Source: an uncultured bacterium
Lineage (GTDB): Bacteria; JAJVIF01; JAPKYR01
Length of the DNA stretch: 33,410 nt
Direction: 5' to 3'
Assembly: GCA_965369865.1 (NCBI GenBank)
Contig: CBDURU010000026.1
Span: 1-33,410, forward strand
How positions within the stretch are numbered: the stretch's first letter is position 1; every line of letters begins with the position of its first letter. Position numbers and translations under genes: made by a program. The notes under the pieces are model-generated. The model saw nothing but the letters and a program-made list of their open reading frames with translations, was not told where the DNA came from and did not search any database. This document shows, one piece after another, positions 10,336 through 19,373 of this stretch.

Positions 10336-10344
10336 TGTTATAAT
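10336..10344 (+). promoter_or_regulatory. Extended -10 element (TGnTATAAT) 9 nt before the ATG
   Basis: TGTTATAAT-TAATTACAA-ATG, with no Shine-Dalgarno sequence. Confidence 0.5.
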
Positions 10345-10353
10345 TAATTACAA

Positions 10354-12591
10354 ATGATACGGAAAAAAATTCTCATACTCACGGTATTGATTGTGGTTCT
10401 CGCCAATCCGGGATGCAAGCGAACGGACCCTCCTGTTATCCCCGCTATTGATCCGGGTATCAGCGCTCCCACACTGAATTACTCATCCGGAGATCATTTC
10501 ATCCTCGGTATTTACAAATTCGATCTTGATCCGGATTCTGAAATCGCCACTGCGGTTCCGGTCAGAAACTCAAATTTCCATTTCGACGTGACACAATTTT
10601 TTCTAAATCCATACTGCCCTGACTGCCTCGTAATAACTGTCACTGAACTCGATGTCCCCGCCGGGATTTTAGACGTCGATGTCGCATTGAAAAACTCGAC
10701 CCCGATTTCCGCATGGGACATTCGCCTGATCCTGAGGTGGGAAACCGAACATATCTGGCTTACCGATCATGACGATGATTTCACTGCTCTGTTCGATGAT
10801 GGCGGCTTCAAGACCTTAAATCCGTTTATCGCGTTTGCAAAAGACCAGACCGACCGATTTTTCGAATCTCTCACCACACACACACGCCCGATTCATTTCC
10901 GGTTCGATGAGATGGGGCATTGGGGTGAATTCACGTTAGTGATCGAGGCGAGTTATCCGGAGAACTGTGCTGAACCCTATGAAATCGCAAACAAGCTGAC
11001 CGGTGGCGACCTGGTCGGCGTAAATCCGGTGATTATCCAGTGCGATGTTTTCGACTGGCAGGATAATGTCGATGAGGTTACCATCGATCCATCCCCCCTT
11101 GCGGATACTGAAATCATTTTTATTAATCAATCGGGCACTACCTGGATCGGACTTCTGGCAAACGAAAATGGAATGCCAGTTGGTGAGTATCGCCTTTTGA
11201 TCCGGGCGATTTCTACCGGTGATCTCCTGACCGATTCGATTTACGATTACATAAATGTAACGGTTGGGATCTCCGGCGGTGTGGGGCTTGATCCGGGACC
11301 ATGGCCGATGATCGGTCGCGATCCCGCTCATTCATCACGGAGTCCATTCCAACCGCCTGTTACAGAACCGGAACTGCAATGGTCAACCACGGATCATGAG
11401 ATTTCATGGACCGTCGGTTACTCGGGTACTGTCGTATCCAGTGCAGGACGAATTTATGTCGCGAGGATATCCGGACTCTACTGCCTTGACCTGACCGGGA
11501 ACCTGCAATGGCACATCACGTGTCCGATTACAAATCTCCGTCAACCTCCAATGCCATTAGTTTCTGCAAACGGAAGCGTTGTCGTATGCTGGTCGAGCCT
11601 GTTTTCAAACAGCGATCCACAGGGAATCTATGCTTACAACGCAGACACCGGCGAGGAACTCTGGTCGACTACACACATTAAATATTCACCGTTCGGAGAT
11701 GAGAAACATATCAGCGTTTACGATCCGGTTGTTCTCACCGAAGACGGGCTCCTCGTGGCGGTCGCGAGGGAACATGTAATTATCGGGCTTGATATCGAGG
11801 ACGGATCGCAGAAATGGCTCTGGCCAAATAATGAAAATGATTATGAAAGCATACTCGCTGGATCGTATACCGATGCCTGGCGTGGAGCACCGGCTATCGC
11901 TCCGGACGGACGGATTATCGCTGTCGCGGACTGGTTCGATAACCCGAGGCTGATTATTTTATCTGACTTCGGGATAAATCTCGTCGATAAAGAACTCCAG
12001 ACCATTACAATGGTCAACTGCCATCCGGCGGTGACATCCGACAATAAAGTCATACTTGCAGGTTTCATTTCCGATATTGTCACCCTGCATGCGGTTGTCG
12101 AAGCATGGACAACCTTTGGCGTCCCGATTTGGTCGTACACCGATGATGTGATCGAGATCCTCCAGGGAACGATCGGGATTACCCATGACGATGACCTTTA
12201 TTTCATGGACGGACGCGGTGTCCATGACATCGTTTTCCCGAACGACTACCATGTGTACCTTCTTTCGCTTTCGGACACCGGCATATTCAACTGGCGGACT
12301 AAAATATTTTCGAGGACATCCGCAATGTCGCCAGGCCTGAGCCATTTCCGCGATGGTATTGCGGTCGGGTTGGATGGCACTGCCTACATTTCCGGATCCT
12401 GGAACCACAAGATATTGGCAAATACAAATATTTCAGGTGTCTCTGCGGTCAATGTCGATGGCGATGTGCTCTGGACATACAACCAACTGGTTGAATGGAG
12501 CCAGATTGATTCCTATTACGGTCCCCCGGCAATCGGCAGCGACGGCACAATCTATGTGAATCGCTCAAATCGTCTCGAAGCTTTGAAATAA
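10354..12591 (+). CDS. Lipoprotein: conserved N-terminal CxxC module plus a PQQ/BamB-like beta-propeller
   Basis: Signal MIRKK-hydrophobic-NPGC. N-terminal module with PYCPDC. WPMIGRDPAHSSRSP start motif followed by blades (DLTGNLQW, NADTGEELW, EDGSQKW, PAIAPDG, PAIGSDGTIYV). Confidence 0.85.
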   Translation: MIRKKILILTVLIVVLANPGCKRTDPPVIPAIDPGISAPTLNYSSGDHFILGIYKFDLDPDSEIATAVPVRNSNFHFDVTQFFLNPYCPDCLVITVTELDVPAGILDVDVALKNSTPISAWDIRLILRWETEHIWLTDHDDDFTALFDDGGFKTLNPFIAFAKDQTDRFFESLTTHTRPIHFRFDEMGHWGEFTLVIEASYPENCAEPYEIANKLTGGDLVGVNPVIIQCDVFDWQDNVDEVTIDPSPLADTEIIFINQSGTTWIGLLANENGMPVGEYRLLIRAISTGDLLTDSIYDYINVTVGISGGVGLDPGPWPMIGRDPAHSSRSPFQPPVTEPELQWSTTDHEISWTVGYSGTVVSSAGRIYVARISGLYCLDLTGNLQWHITCPITNLRQPPMPLVSANGSVVVCWSSLFSNSDPQGIYAYNADTGEELWSTTHIKYSPFGDEKHISVYDPVVLTEDGLLVAVAREHVIIGLDIEDGSQKWLWPNNENDYESILAGSYTDAWRGAPAIAPDGRIIAVADWFDNPRLIILSDFGINLVDKELQTITMVNCHPAVTSDNKVILAGFISDIVTLHAVVEAWTTFGVPIWSYTDDVIEILQGTIGITHDDDLYFMDGRGVHDIVFPNDYHVYLLSLSDTGIFNWRTKIFSRTSAMSPGLSHFRDGIAVGLDGTAYISGSWNHKILANTNISGVSAVNVDGDVLWTYNQLVEWSQIDSYYGPPAIGSDGTIYVNRSNRLEALK

Positions 12592-12733
12592 AACAAACAT
12601 CATTGTTTAAAGGATGGAAACGCGAAGGTTATATTGCCTCTATATTATTTTGACAATATTTAAAATTTTTTATGATTCAATACTCCATTCAAAGACATCG
12701 GCAAATTCATAATCTATACTGTATTTCACACTC

Positions 12734-13093
12734 ATGCATGAATTTTTCCTCACAGAAGGCCTTATCAGGCTCGCTACGGATGAAGCATCAAAAGCCGGGA
12801 TAGTCATACTCGAAAAAATCACCGTGCAAATCGGTGCTTTAAGCGGGGTAAACATCGACTCAATCGATTTCGCGTACGGAATCCTCTCTAAAAATAATAA
12901 ATTGACCCGCGATACCGAGCTTGTTATCGAGAAAATTCCCGGTCGGGGTATATGTTCCAACTGCGGTAAGGAAATTGAGTTGGAAAGGTTGTTTCTTATC
13001 TGTCCGAACTGTAATTCACCAACCGTTGAGATTACCGGCGGAAGGGAATTTATCATCAAGAACCTGGTAGGTGAAGGAGTATCCGATGGTTGA
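12734..13093 (+). CDS. hypA: Hydrogenase nickel metallochaperone HypA
   Basis: N-terminal MHE, IGALSGV, CSNC...CPNC zinc finger, GREF. Confidence 0.95.
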   Translation: MHEFFLTEGLIRLATDEASKAGIVILEKITVQIGALSGVNIDSIDFAYGILSKNNKLTRDTELVIEKIPGRGICSNCGKEIELERLFLICPNCNSPTVEITGGREFIIKNLVGEGVSDG

Positions 13094-13730
13094 TATTGTG
13101 GTAATGAGGGCGATCAGTTCTGACAATGAATCACACGCGAATGAGGTTCGTAAGGCTCTCGATCGGAACAAGGTCACCGGGCTTAATTTAATCTCAAGTC
13201 CTGGTTCCGGAAAAACGACACTGCTCGTAAAGACCATCAAGGACAATCCCGACCTGAAATTCGGCGTCATTGAGGGAGACGTATTCACATCCCGTGATGC
13301 CGAACGTATTGAAAAAACCGGCGCCCCGTCAGTACAGCTCAATACCGAAGGATCGTGCCACCTTACAGCGAGTATGATCGAAACTGTCCTGCCCAAACTC
13401 GATCTCACCAAATTTGATTACCTGATGGTTGAAAACATCGGAAACCTGATCTGCCCGTCCGCGGTCAGTCTCGGGGTTCACAAGAGGGTGGTTCTTCTAT
13501 CAACCCCCGAAGGTTCCGACAAGGTCCTGAAATACCCGCAGGCGTTCAATACAGCCGACCTTGTTTTAATAACGAAAATGGATATCGCGGATGTGGTCGA
13601 TTTTGACATAAAAATTATAGAGGACGACCTTAAAGCGGTAAACCCGAAAATCGAACCTTGGCCCGTAAGTGCGGTTACCGGCGAAGGCCTGGACAGATGG
13701 TATGATTGGTTAAAGAACCTTCATGCGTAG
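13086..13730 (+). CDS. hypB: Hydrogenase nickel-incorporation GTPase HypB
   Basis: SSPGSGKTTL P-loop, IEGD, GSCHL, ENIGNLICP, STPEGSDK..KYP, TKMD. ATG 13086 follows GAAGGAG and overlaps the hypA end. Confidence 0.95.
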   Translation: MVDIVVMRAISSDNESHANEVRKALDRNKVTGLNLISSPGSGKTTLLVKTIKDNPDLKFGVIEGDVFTSRDAERIEKTGAPSVQLNTEGSCHLTASMIETVLPKLDLTKFDYLMVENIGNLICPSAVSLGVHKRVVLLSTPEGSDKVLKYPQAFNTADLVLITKMDIADVVDFDIKIIEDDLKAVNPKIEPWPVSAVTGEGLDRWYDWLKNLHA

Positions 13731-13761
13731 CGTAGATAGCCCGCCCGTCGCCATTAATATT

Positions 13762-15153
13762 TTAAAAATGTATCGGACCTTCGTATAACCCGTGAGCCGC
13801 TTCGAGCCAGACCTCGCTTAACGTCGGATGCGCCTGTATTATATCCACGAATTCTTCTGCTGAAGCCCCCAGGTTTATCGCTGTATTTGCCACCGCGATC
13901 AGGTCTGTCGCGTACGGACCGATCACATGAGCACCAACCAGCCTGTCGTCATCGCCGCCGGATATCAACTTGGCAAACCCGGTCGATTCACCGATTACCA
14001 CGGCCTTCCCGATTCCGACGAACGGAAATCTGCTGGTTTTTACACTCTCGCCAAATCGTTCCCGTGCCTTGTCCTCATTCAGCCCGACACTCGCGACCTC
14101 CGGCTGTGAATAGGTCGCCCTGGGGATATTTTCATATATCAGCGGAATACGTTCGTATCCTGCGATCGACTCGACCGCCAGAATTCCCTCTGCGGACGCT
14201 TTATGGGCAAGCATTAATCCACCGGTTGCATCCCCAATCGCACGTATGTTCCCGACCCCGGTATTAAGAAATTCATCAACCTTGATAAATCCTTTATCCA
14301 GCTCAATTCCGACTTCCTCAAGTCCGCAATTTTCGGTCGATGGACCGCGTCCGACCGATACAAGCACCATGTCGGTTTCTATTGATACTTCACCATCGCC
14401 ATCGCGAGGTTTTACTTTCGACACCACGCCCGAATCCGTGATTTCAATACTCTCGACCGATGCGCCGGTCTGAAGGTGAATTTTCCTTTTCTTAAGGGCT
14501 TTCTCGTATTCTTCCGATATATCGGTGTCTTCCATCGGTAGTGCGCGATCGAGGAATTCAACTATTGTCATTTCAACGCCAACCGCTGAAAAAATGTAAG
14601 CGAACTCGCATCCGATCGTTCCGGCACCAACAATTAAAATTCGTTCCGGTAATTTCTCAAGCTCGAGTGCATGATCCGATGTGATTATTTTCTCCCCATC
14701 TATCGGAAGTGACGGTAGCGTACTTGAATGGGACCCCATCGCGAGAATAATGTGTTTCGCCTGCACAGGTGTTCCTTCAACATTAATTGTTTCAGGATCG
14801 ATGAGCACACCGAAACCGTCGATTACTTCAATCCCATTTTTACGCATCAGGCTCTCGACACCTTTCCTGACCTTCATAACGCACCGGGTTTTGTATTTCA
14901 TGAACGATGCCCAGTCGAAACTGACATCCGATGCCTTCACGCCAAATGTCTTAACTCCTTTTGCCAACTCGAATGTATGAGCGGACTGTATCAACGCTTT
15001 TGTGGGAATGCAGCCAATATTACCGCAAGTACCTCCAAGAAACTTTTTCTCAATAAGACCAACCGACATACCTAACTGGCTTGCACGTATCGCAGCGACA
15101 TATCCACCGGGCCCGCCGCCCAGGATTGCTATATCAAAATTTTTTTTTGTCAT
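13762..15153 (-). CDS. lpdA: Dihydrolipoyl dehydrogenase
   Basis: GGGPGGYVAAIRA FAD motif, GGTCGNIGCIPTK redox disulfide, GAGTIG NAD motif, HPTLSE catalytic motif. Confidence 0.93.
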   Translation of the reverse strand: MTKKNFDIAILGGGPGGYVAAIRASQLGMSVGLIEKKFLGGTCGNIGCIPTKALIQSAHTFELAKGVKTFGVKASDVSFDWASFMKYKTRCVMKVRKGVESLMRKNGIEVIDGFGVLIDPETINVEGTPVQAKHIILAMGSHSSTLPSLPIDGEKIITSDHALELEKLPERILIVGAGTIGCEFAYIFSAVGVEMTIVEFLDRALPMEDTDISEEYEKALKKRKIHLQTGASVESIEITDSGVVSKVKPRDGDGEVSIETDMVLVSVGRGPSTENCGLEEVGIELDKGFIKVDEFLNTGVGNIRAIGDATGGLMLAHKASAEGILAVESIAGYERIPLIYENIPRATYSQPEVASVGLNEDKARERFGESVKTSRFPFVGIGKAVVIGESTGFAKLISGGDDDRLVGAHVIGPYATDLIAVANTAINLGASAEEFVDIIQAHPTLSEVWLEAAHGLYEGPIHF

Positions 15154-15260
15154 CGATCGATCATCCTCAGAATTGAAAAGACATCATTTGCACGAGCATG
15201 AATTCGCCACCATGGTAAACACAATGCCTCCACTGGTCAAACAAAACCCCGAAAATACCC

Positions 15261-15289
15261 GCACGGCCCGGAAAGTTCCCGGGCCGTGC
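15261..15289 (-). terminator. Probable intrinsic terminator downstream of the DUF5666-like gene
   Basis: Perfect 11-bp GC stem GCACGGCCCGG/CCGGGCCGTGC with a 7-nt loop. T-rich sequence follows on the minus strand, though not as a clean adjacent U-tract. Confidence 0.5.
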
Positions 15290-15389
15290 CTGTAAAACAT
15301 ACTGAATCTGGTAAAGAGAATTTTTATTGTGGATATTTCTATCCGCGAAACATTTTATATAAGTACTTACGTTTGATAAATCCGTTACC

Positions 15390-17312
15390 TTACTCCGAGA
15401 AACCGACATCGGGACTGATATAGACGTCGATTACGTAATCCGTTGTGCTGAGTAAGTCTTTAAGTAAACCGGCGAGAATAATTGCGTCGATCAACTCAGA
15501 ACTTGCCCCATAATATGGGGGCAGTACAAGTTTGTCGTAAATTATCGGGTACCCGTCATCGCCCCCTATCTCACCAAGCCCGTTCGGGTAGAAATAATAG
15601 ACCCAGGCCTGTGCGTCGGGATACCCATTATCCAGAAGTATGAGCACATGGCACTGGTCGTACTCATACCGTGGGAAAGCCTCAATGAATCCCGGAATAC
15701 CTACCAAAATCGGCTTTGCCAGGAACTTTGCGTTGAAGACATCATATGTGCACGGTGGTGCGCTAAGTGCCGGCGGGTAGCTAGAAACGAGTACCGGTGC
15801 TATCGAAATTGCCGGGTTGAGCAGATCAATCGCATTCTGTACATCCTGAAGGGCATCCTCATCATTGATCAGGACCACTATCTCAGGATCGTGCGTGTCA
15901 TGCGCAATCTCGTACTGGAGTTCGATAAGATCGGCTGTGAATGTGCTATCGATCTCACGGCCAAGCACATAGACCGGGCTGCCTACTAAAAGGTAGGTGG
16001 TGTCGACCATTGTTCCGGCATTGTCTTTAATTTCAGTTTGCGGTGTGATCTGGAACGTGATTCCAGTCACTGTCAGCGACGTTGGGTTATCAACGGGATC
16101 GAGTGCCTGGATCGTTCCCTGGCGCTCGATGATTGATGGCGGTGGCGAGATTTCAGTAACAATAATTTCTGTTGCCGTGATCGTATTCCCATCTCGCTCA
16201 CCGGTTACTTTGACATACTTGCCAACTTCCAGTACGGATGGGGCTACTGGTGAACCATTTGTATTTACGATGTTTGCACTCGGGTAATCTTCAAATTTGA
16301 CCCCGCTGACTATCAGCGATGTGGAGTCAATTTCCTCGATATGCCCGCTCCGGGTGACTGTGAATTCCAGTCCCGGACTTGTCGGGCCGGGTTCGACAAC
16401 AACGCTCGACGCGATGTTGTTCCCGGAAAAGCTTGTATAGTTAACGGTAGCGTTTTTGCCGTTCGAGATATCCGACAATGTAAGGATAGAGCCGTCAATT
16501 TTGCTTTCTAAATTCGTGTGACCCCAGATTTCGTAGAGGTTTCCTCCGACCGAAAGTGTGTTTGACCCGATGCCCGTTATCGTTCCGTATACAACCGTTG
16601 TTTCGGTGTAGTCGAGAATTTCCATGTAGGGCGCATGTGCATCGGGTATCGCATCGTGGTTATAATCGATCGCGACTAGGTCATCGAACAGCCCGTCTGA
16701 ATCGAGATCGAAATAAAGCAGGTCTGTCTTAAAATCAAGCTGCAGTCGCGCCACACGGCTGCCGTCCGGACCTTCGTATTCGTAGATCATTTCCAATATG
16801 GAATTTGCCGGTCGATGTATTATGATTTCCAGGAGGGTACCGATTCCGTTGGCGAGGGCGATTGGGATATTCAGGCTGATCGGGGTCTGGGTCGATCCAT
16901 CTCCATGGAGATCGGCTTCAACTATGAACCGAAGATTGAAAAACGCTAGCGGGTCTGGTTCGTTCCCATCAAACTGGTAATTACCGCTGATTCCCAGGTT
17001 CGATGGATTTGGAAGCGGGACGCTCCCGATGTCATCACCCGGATCGATAATTCGTGCCGCATAACGGAGTTCAGGAGGTGCAGGGCCGTCAAACATATCC
17101 GGGGGTGGAGGTGCGAGGGGTACCGCTTGGGTAAATGTAACAGTTCCCGTCAGCCATGCTGATGGTGTGGTGCTGGGATAACTGCTCCCACCGCCGCCAC
17201 CGCACGATGTCAAAATTGTGAGGATGGCAATAACCCCAACGATCAGGCTGATGCTTATCAACCGTTGGGCGTTATATCTTTGAGGTTTCCGATTTTCCCA
17301 GTCATGTGACAT
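15390..17312 (-). CDS. Lipoprotein with three DUF5666-like OB-fold repeats
   Basis: Lipobox LTSC followed by GGGGG. Repeats of G.I..I....L.V.G..F.....T.I.........L.VG..V.V.G.......A..I. Also DLDSDG and DYNHDA acidic loops. ATG 17312 follows GGAGG; the ORF track starts at 17345. Confidence 0.75.
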   Translation of the reverse strand: MSHDWENRKPQRYNAQRLISISLIVGVIAILTILTSCGGGGGSSYPSTTPSAWLTGTVTFTQAVPLAPPPPDMFDGPAPPELRYAARIIDPGDDIGSVPLPNPSNLGISGNYQFDGNEPDPLAFFNLRFIVEADLHGDGSTQTPISLNIPIALANGIGTLLEIIIHRPANSILEMIYEYEGPDGSRVARLQLDFKTDLLYFDLDSDGLFDDLVAIDYNHDAIPDAHAPYMEILDYTETTVVYGTITGIGSNTLSVGGNLYEIWGHTNLESKIDGSILTLSDISNGKNATVNYTSFSGNNIASSVVVEPGPTSPGLEFTVTRSGHIEEIDSTSLIVSGVKFEDYPSANIVNTNGSPVAPSVLEVGKYVKVTGERDGNTITATEIIVTEISPPPSIIERQGTIQALDPVDNPTSLTVTGITFQITPQTEIKDNAGTMVDTTYLLVGSPVYVLGREIDSTFTADLIELQYEIAHDTHDPEIVVLINDEDALQDVQNAIDLLNPAISIAPVLVSSYPPALSAPPCTYDVFNAKFLAKPILVGIPGFIEAFPRYEYDQCHVLILLDNGYPDAQAWVYYFYPNGLGEIGGDDGYPIIYDKLVLPPYYGASSELIDAIILAGLLKDLLSTTDYVIDVYISPDVGFSE

Positions 17313-17391
17313 TAAAATCAACCTCCGTTTATAATTCCGGGCCATTATCCTTCCTGCCCGTTATTATTATAAACCACATCCTTAATTTTAC

Positions 17392-18936
17392 TTAAAGCTC
17401 ACCATACATGTCCGCAAGCTCGTCGAGAACATGGGGATCGGCAATTACTTCTTTCAATGCCGCTCCAAGCCTTGTGGCCCCATCTATTATCTCACCTTCT
17501 TCAAGAAGGCTCCAACTCAACCTGAATCCGGAGGCATCCTGTTTGCCGGGCCAGAAGAAATTCGCGACCGCAAATTCCACGCCACGCTCGCGGCAGTAAT
17601 GATACAGCGCCAGCGACTTCAACTCCTTTGGAAGGTTTACCCACAGGCAGAATCCACCCTTGGGTTTTGTCCATGTCAGTTCTTTCGGAAAATGCTCTTC
17701 CATCGTTTCAAGGAGTGCGTCCCGACGGGCTTTATATATACGTTTCGTTCTTCTCAGATGCTTGTCCAGGTAACCCTTCAGTATGAATTCGTGCATTATT
17801 ACCTGGAGGAAGAAACTGTCGCCCCGATCCACACCGCGTTTCATCCGCACCAGCGGTACGGCAAGTTCGGACGGCAGTGTCACCCATGCAAGTCTCAACC
17901 CAGGTAAAAAGACCTTCGAGAAACTTCCTATCCTTATGACTAGACTGTACCGGTCGAGGTTCTTTAGCGTGGGAACCTGGGCACCGTCGTAACGAAGGTC
18001 CTGCGCGTACGAATCTTCGATTATCGGTATTTTATGCTCCGCCGCGATTTCTATAAGCTGTTTTCGCCTCGATACCGACATTGTTGTCCCGGTCGGATTG
18101 TGGTGAGTCGGGATCGTGAAAATCGCGCCTATTTTATGCTTCTTGATAATCTGCTTGATTTTTTTAACCTGCATCCCGTTGGCATCGACCGGCACGCCAT
18201 GGTACGGGATCCGTCGCGCGATCAACAGATTCAAAATCGCGGCGTATGTTGGCATCTCCACAATTACCGCTTCGTCCGGTTTCAAAAGTAAATTTATCAG
18301 GAGATTGAGTCCCTGCTGGAAACCGGACGTAATAACAACGTCATTCTGTCCCGGAGCCATCGGGGTCCCGGACAACGCTTCCTTCTTTTCAAGCCATTCA
18401 ACAAGGGGTTGATATCCCTGCGGATGGCCATAATCGAAGAAAAACGCTTTCGGATCCCAGAGAAGCTGCTGCGTGATCTGCTTGATCTGTTCGAACGGGA
18501 ATAACCTTGAATCGGGCAAGGCTTTTATGAAACTGATCGGCTTGGTTGGCTGCTCGGTCGCCTTACGCTCGGGCGGGAGAGAGAAAAATCCCCCCGGAAT
18601 CTGGTATGGTGACCAATCCATTTTTAAATCGATTGTCTCTGAACTGGTATCCTCTGGGGTAGTTGGCGGTTTGGAGCCGTCAAGATGATCGAGCTTGGAC
18701 CGGTCGACTACGAAAGTCCCGGACTGGGGCCTTGATTCAAGATATTGATCTGCGATCAGCTCCTGGAAAGAGATCAGGATGGTCTTGCGGGAAACACCGA
18801 GCGATTCGGCTAAATCACGGGAAGAGGGGAGGCGAGTTCCGGCTGCGAGGAGGCCTGTATCGATGAGGCGGCGAACTTCGGCGATTATTTGCCGATAGAG
18901 GGGGACAGGGGCGTTCTTGTCTATCTGGATACGCAT
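17392..18936 (-). CDS. MocR/GabR-family regulator (GntR wHTH plus PLP-dependent aminotransferase-like domain)
   Basis: PLYRQI...G.RLPSSRDLAESLGVSRKT wHTH, HNPTG, IIEDSY, and GSFSKVFLPGLR with the PLP lysine. Confidence 0.93.
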   Translation of the reverse strand: MRIQIDKNAPVPLYRQIIAEVRRLIDTGLLAAGTRLPSSRDLAESLGVSRKTILISFQELIADQYLESRPQSGTFVVDRSKLDHLDGSKPPTTPEDTSSETIDLKMDWSPYQIPGGFFSLPPERKATEQPTKPISFIKALPDSRLFPFEQIKQITQQLLWDPKAFFFDYGHPQGYQPLVEWLEKKEALSGTPMAPGQNDVVITSGFQQGLNLLINLLLKPDEAVIVEMPTYAAILNLLIARRIPYHGVPVDANGMQVKKIKQIIKKHKIGAIFTIPTHHNPTGTTMSVSRRKQLIEIAAEHKIPIIEDSYAQDLRYDGAQVPTLKNLDRYSLVIRIGSFSKVFLPGLRLAWVTLPSELAVPLVRMKRGVDRGDSFFLQVIMHEFILKGYLDKHLRRTKRIYKARRDALLETMEEHFPKELTWTKPKGGFCLWVNLPKELKSLALYHYCRERGVEFAVANFFWPGKQDASGFRLSWSLLEEGEIIDGATRLGAALKEVIADPHVLDELADMYGEL

Positions 18937-19010
18937 TTGGAGCTCAACCCCCCCTACTGCCCGAAAATTCACTTATAATATATAGTAAAAGGGCAGTGAG
19001 GAAAATATCC

Positions 19011-19063
19011 AATTGGACACCAGTTTCAGGGTACCAGTTTTCAGGGAAGATTGGAAACCAATT
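19011..19063. promoter_or_regulatory. Putative MocR operator array
   Basis: AATTGGACACCAGTT and ATTGGAAACCAAT palindromes, plus the direct repeat ACCAGTTT(T)CAGGG twice, directly upstream of the MocR gene. Confidence 0.5.
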
Positions 19064-19070
19064 ACCAACC

Positions 19071-19180
19071 CTCCGTAAAACTCCGCAAAACCCAGCAAAA
19101 CTCCGTAGAACAGCACGGCAGTGCGTCATAATTCTTTAATTCACCCTTTCAAAAGACGCACTGCCGTGCTGTTCTACGGA
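19071..19180. repeat. REPIN-like inverted doublet of GTAG-type REPs, preceded by 10-bp tandem repeats
   Basis: Perfect 26-bp inverted repeat 19102-19127/19155-19180 (TCCGTAGAACAGCACGGCAGTGCGTC) with a 27-nt spacer. Each arm has GTAG plus an internal GCAC-GGCA-GTGC palindrome. Four CTCCGTAAAA-like units at 19071-19110. Confidence 0.8.
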
Positions 19181-19217
19181 TATTTTCTTCACCAATTTCA
19201 TTCATTAATCTTGGATT

Positions 19218-19299
19218 GCGTGGTGTCGTCAAGCTGAGTGAGACATAAAAACCTTACAATCATTTTATCGACTTCGGGTCGAACCTGCTTGTCGACGAA
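19218..19299. repeat. 82-nt structured intergenic element, copy 2
   Basis: GCGTGG-TGTCGTCAAGC-TGAGTGAGACA-[30 nt]-GGGTCGAACCT-GCTTGTCGACG-AA, in the same orientation and of the same length as 7793-7874. Confidence 0.8.
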
Positions 19300-19373
19300 T
19301 TTAAAAATAACTCGTGCTGATCACATGCAACATATCCGGATAATTTCCATACCGCTCACCGGCCGATACTATT

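Noticed and set aside
12670..12711. NikR operator upstream of hypA (TTATGA...TCATAA)
   Set aside because: The half-sites are 30 bp apart rather than the ~16 bp of the E. coli NikR site, and the AT-rich context makes a chance match likely.
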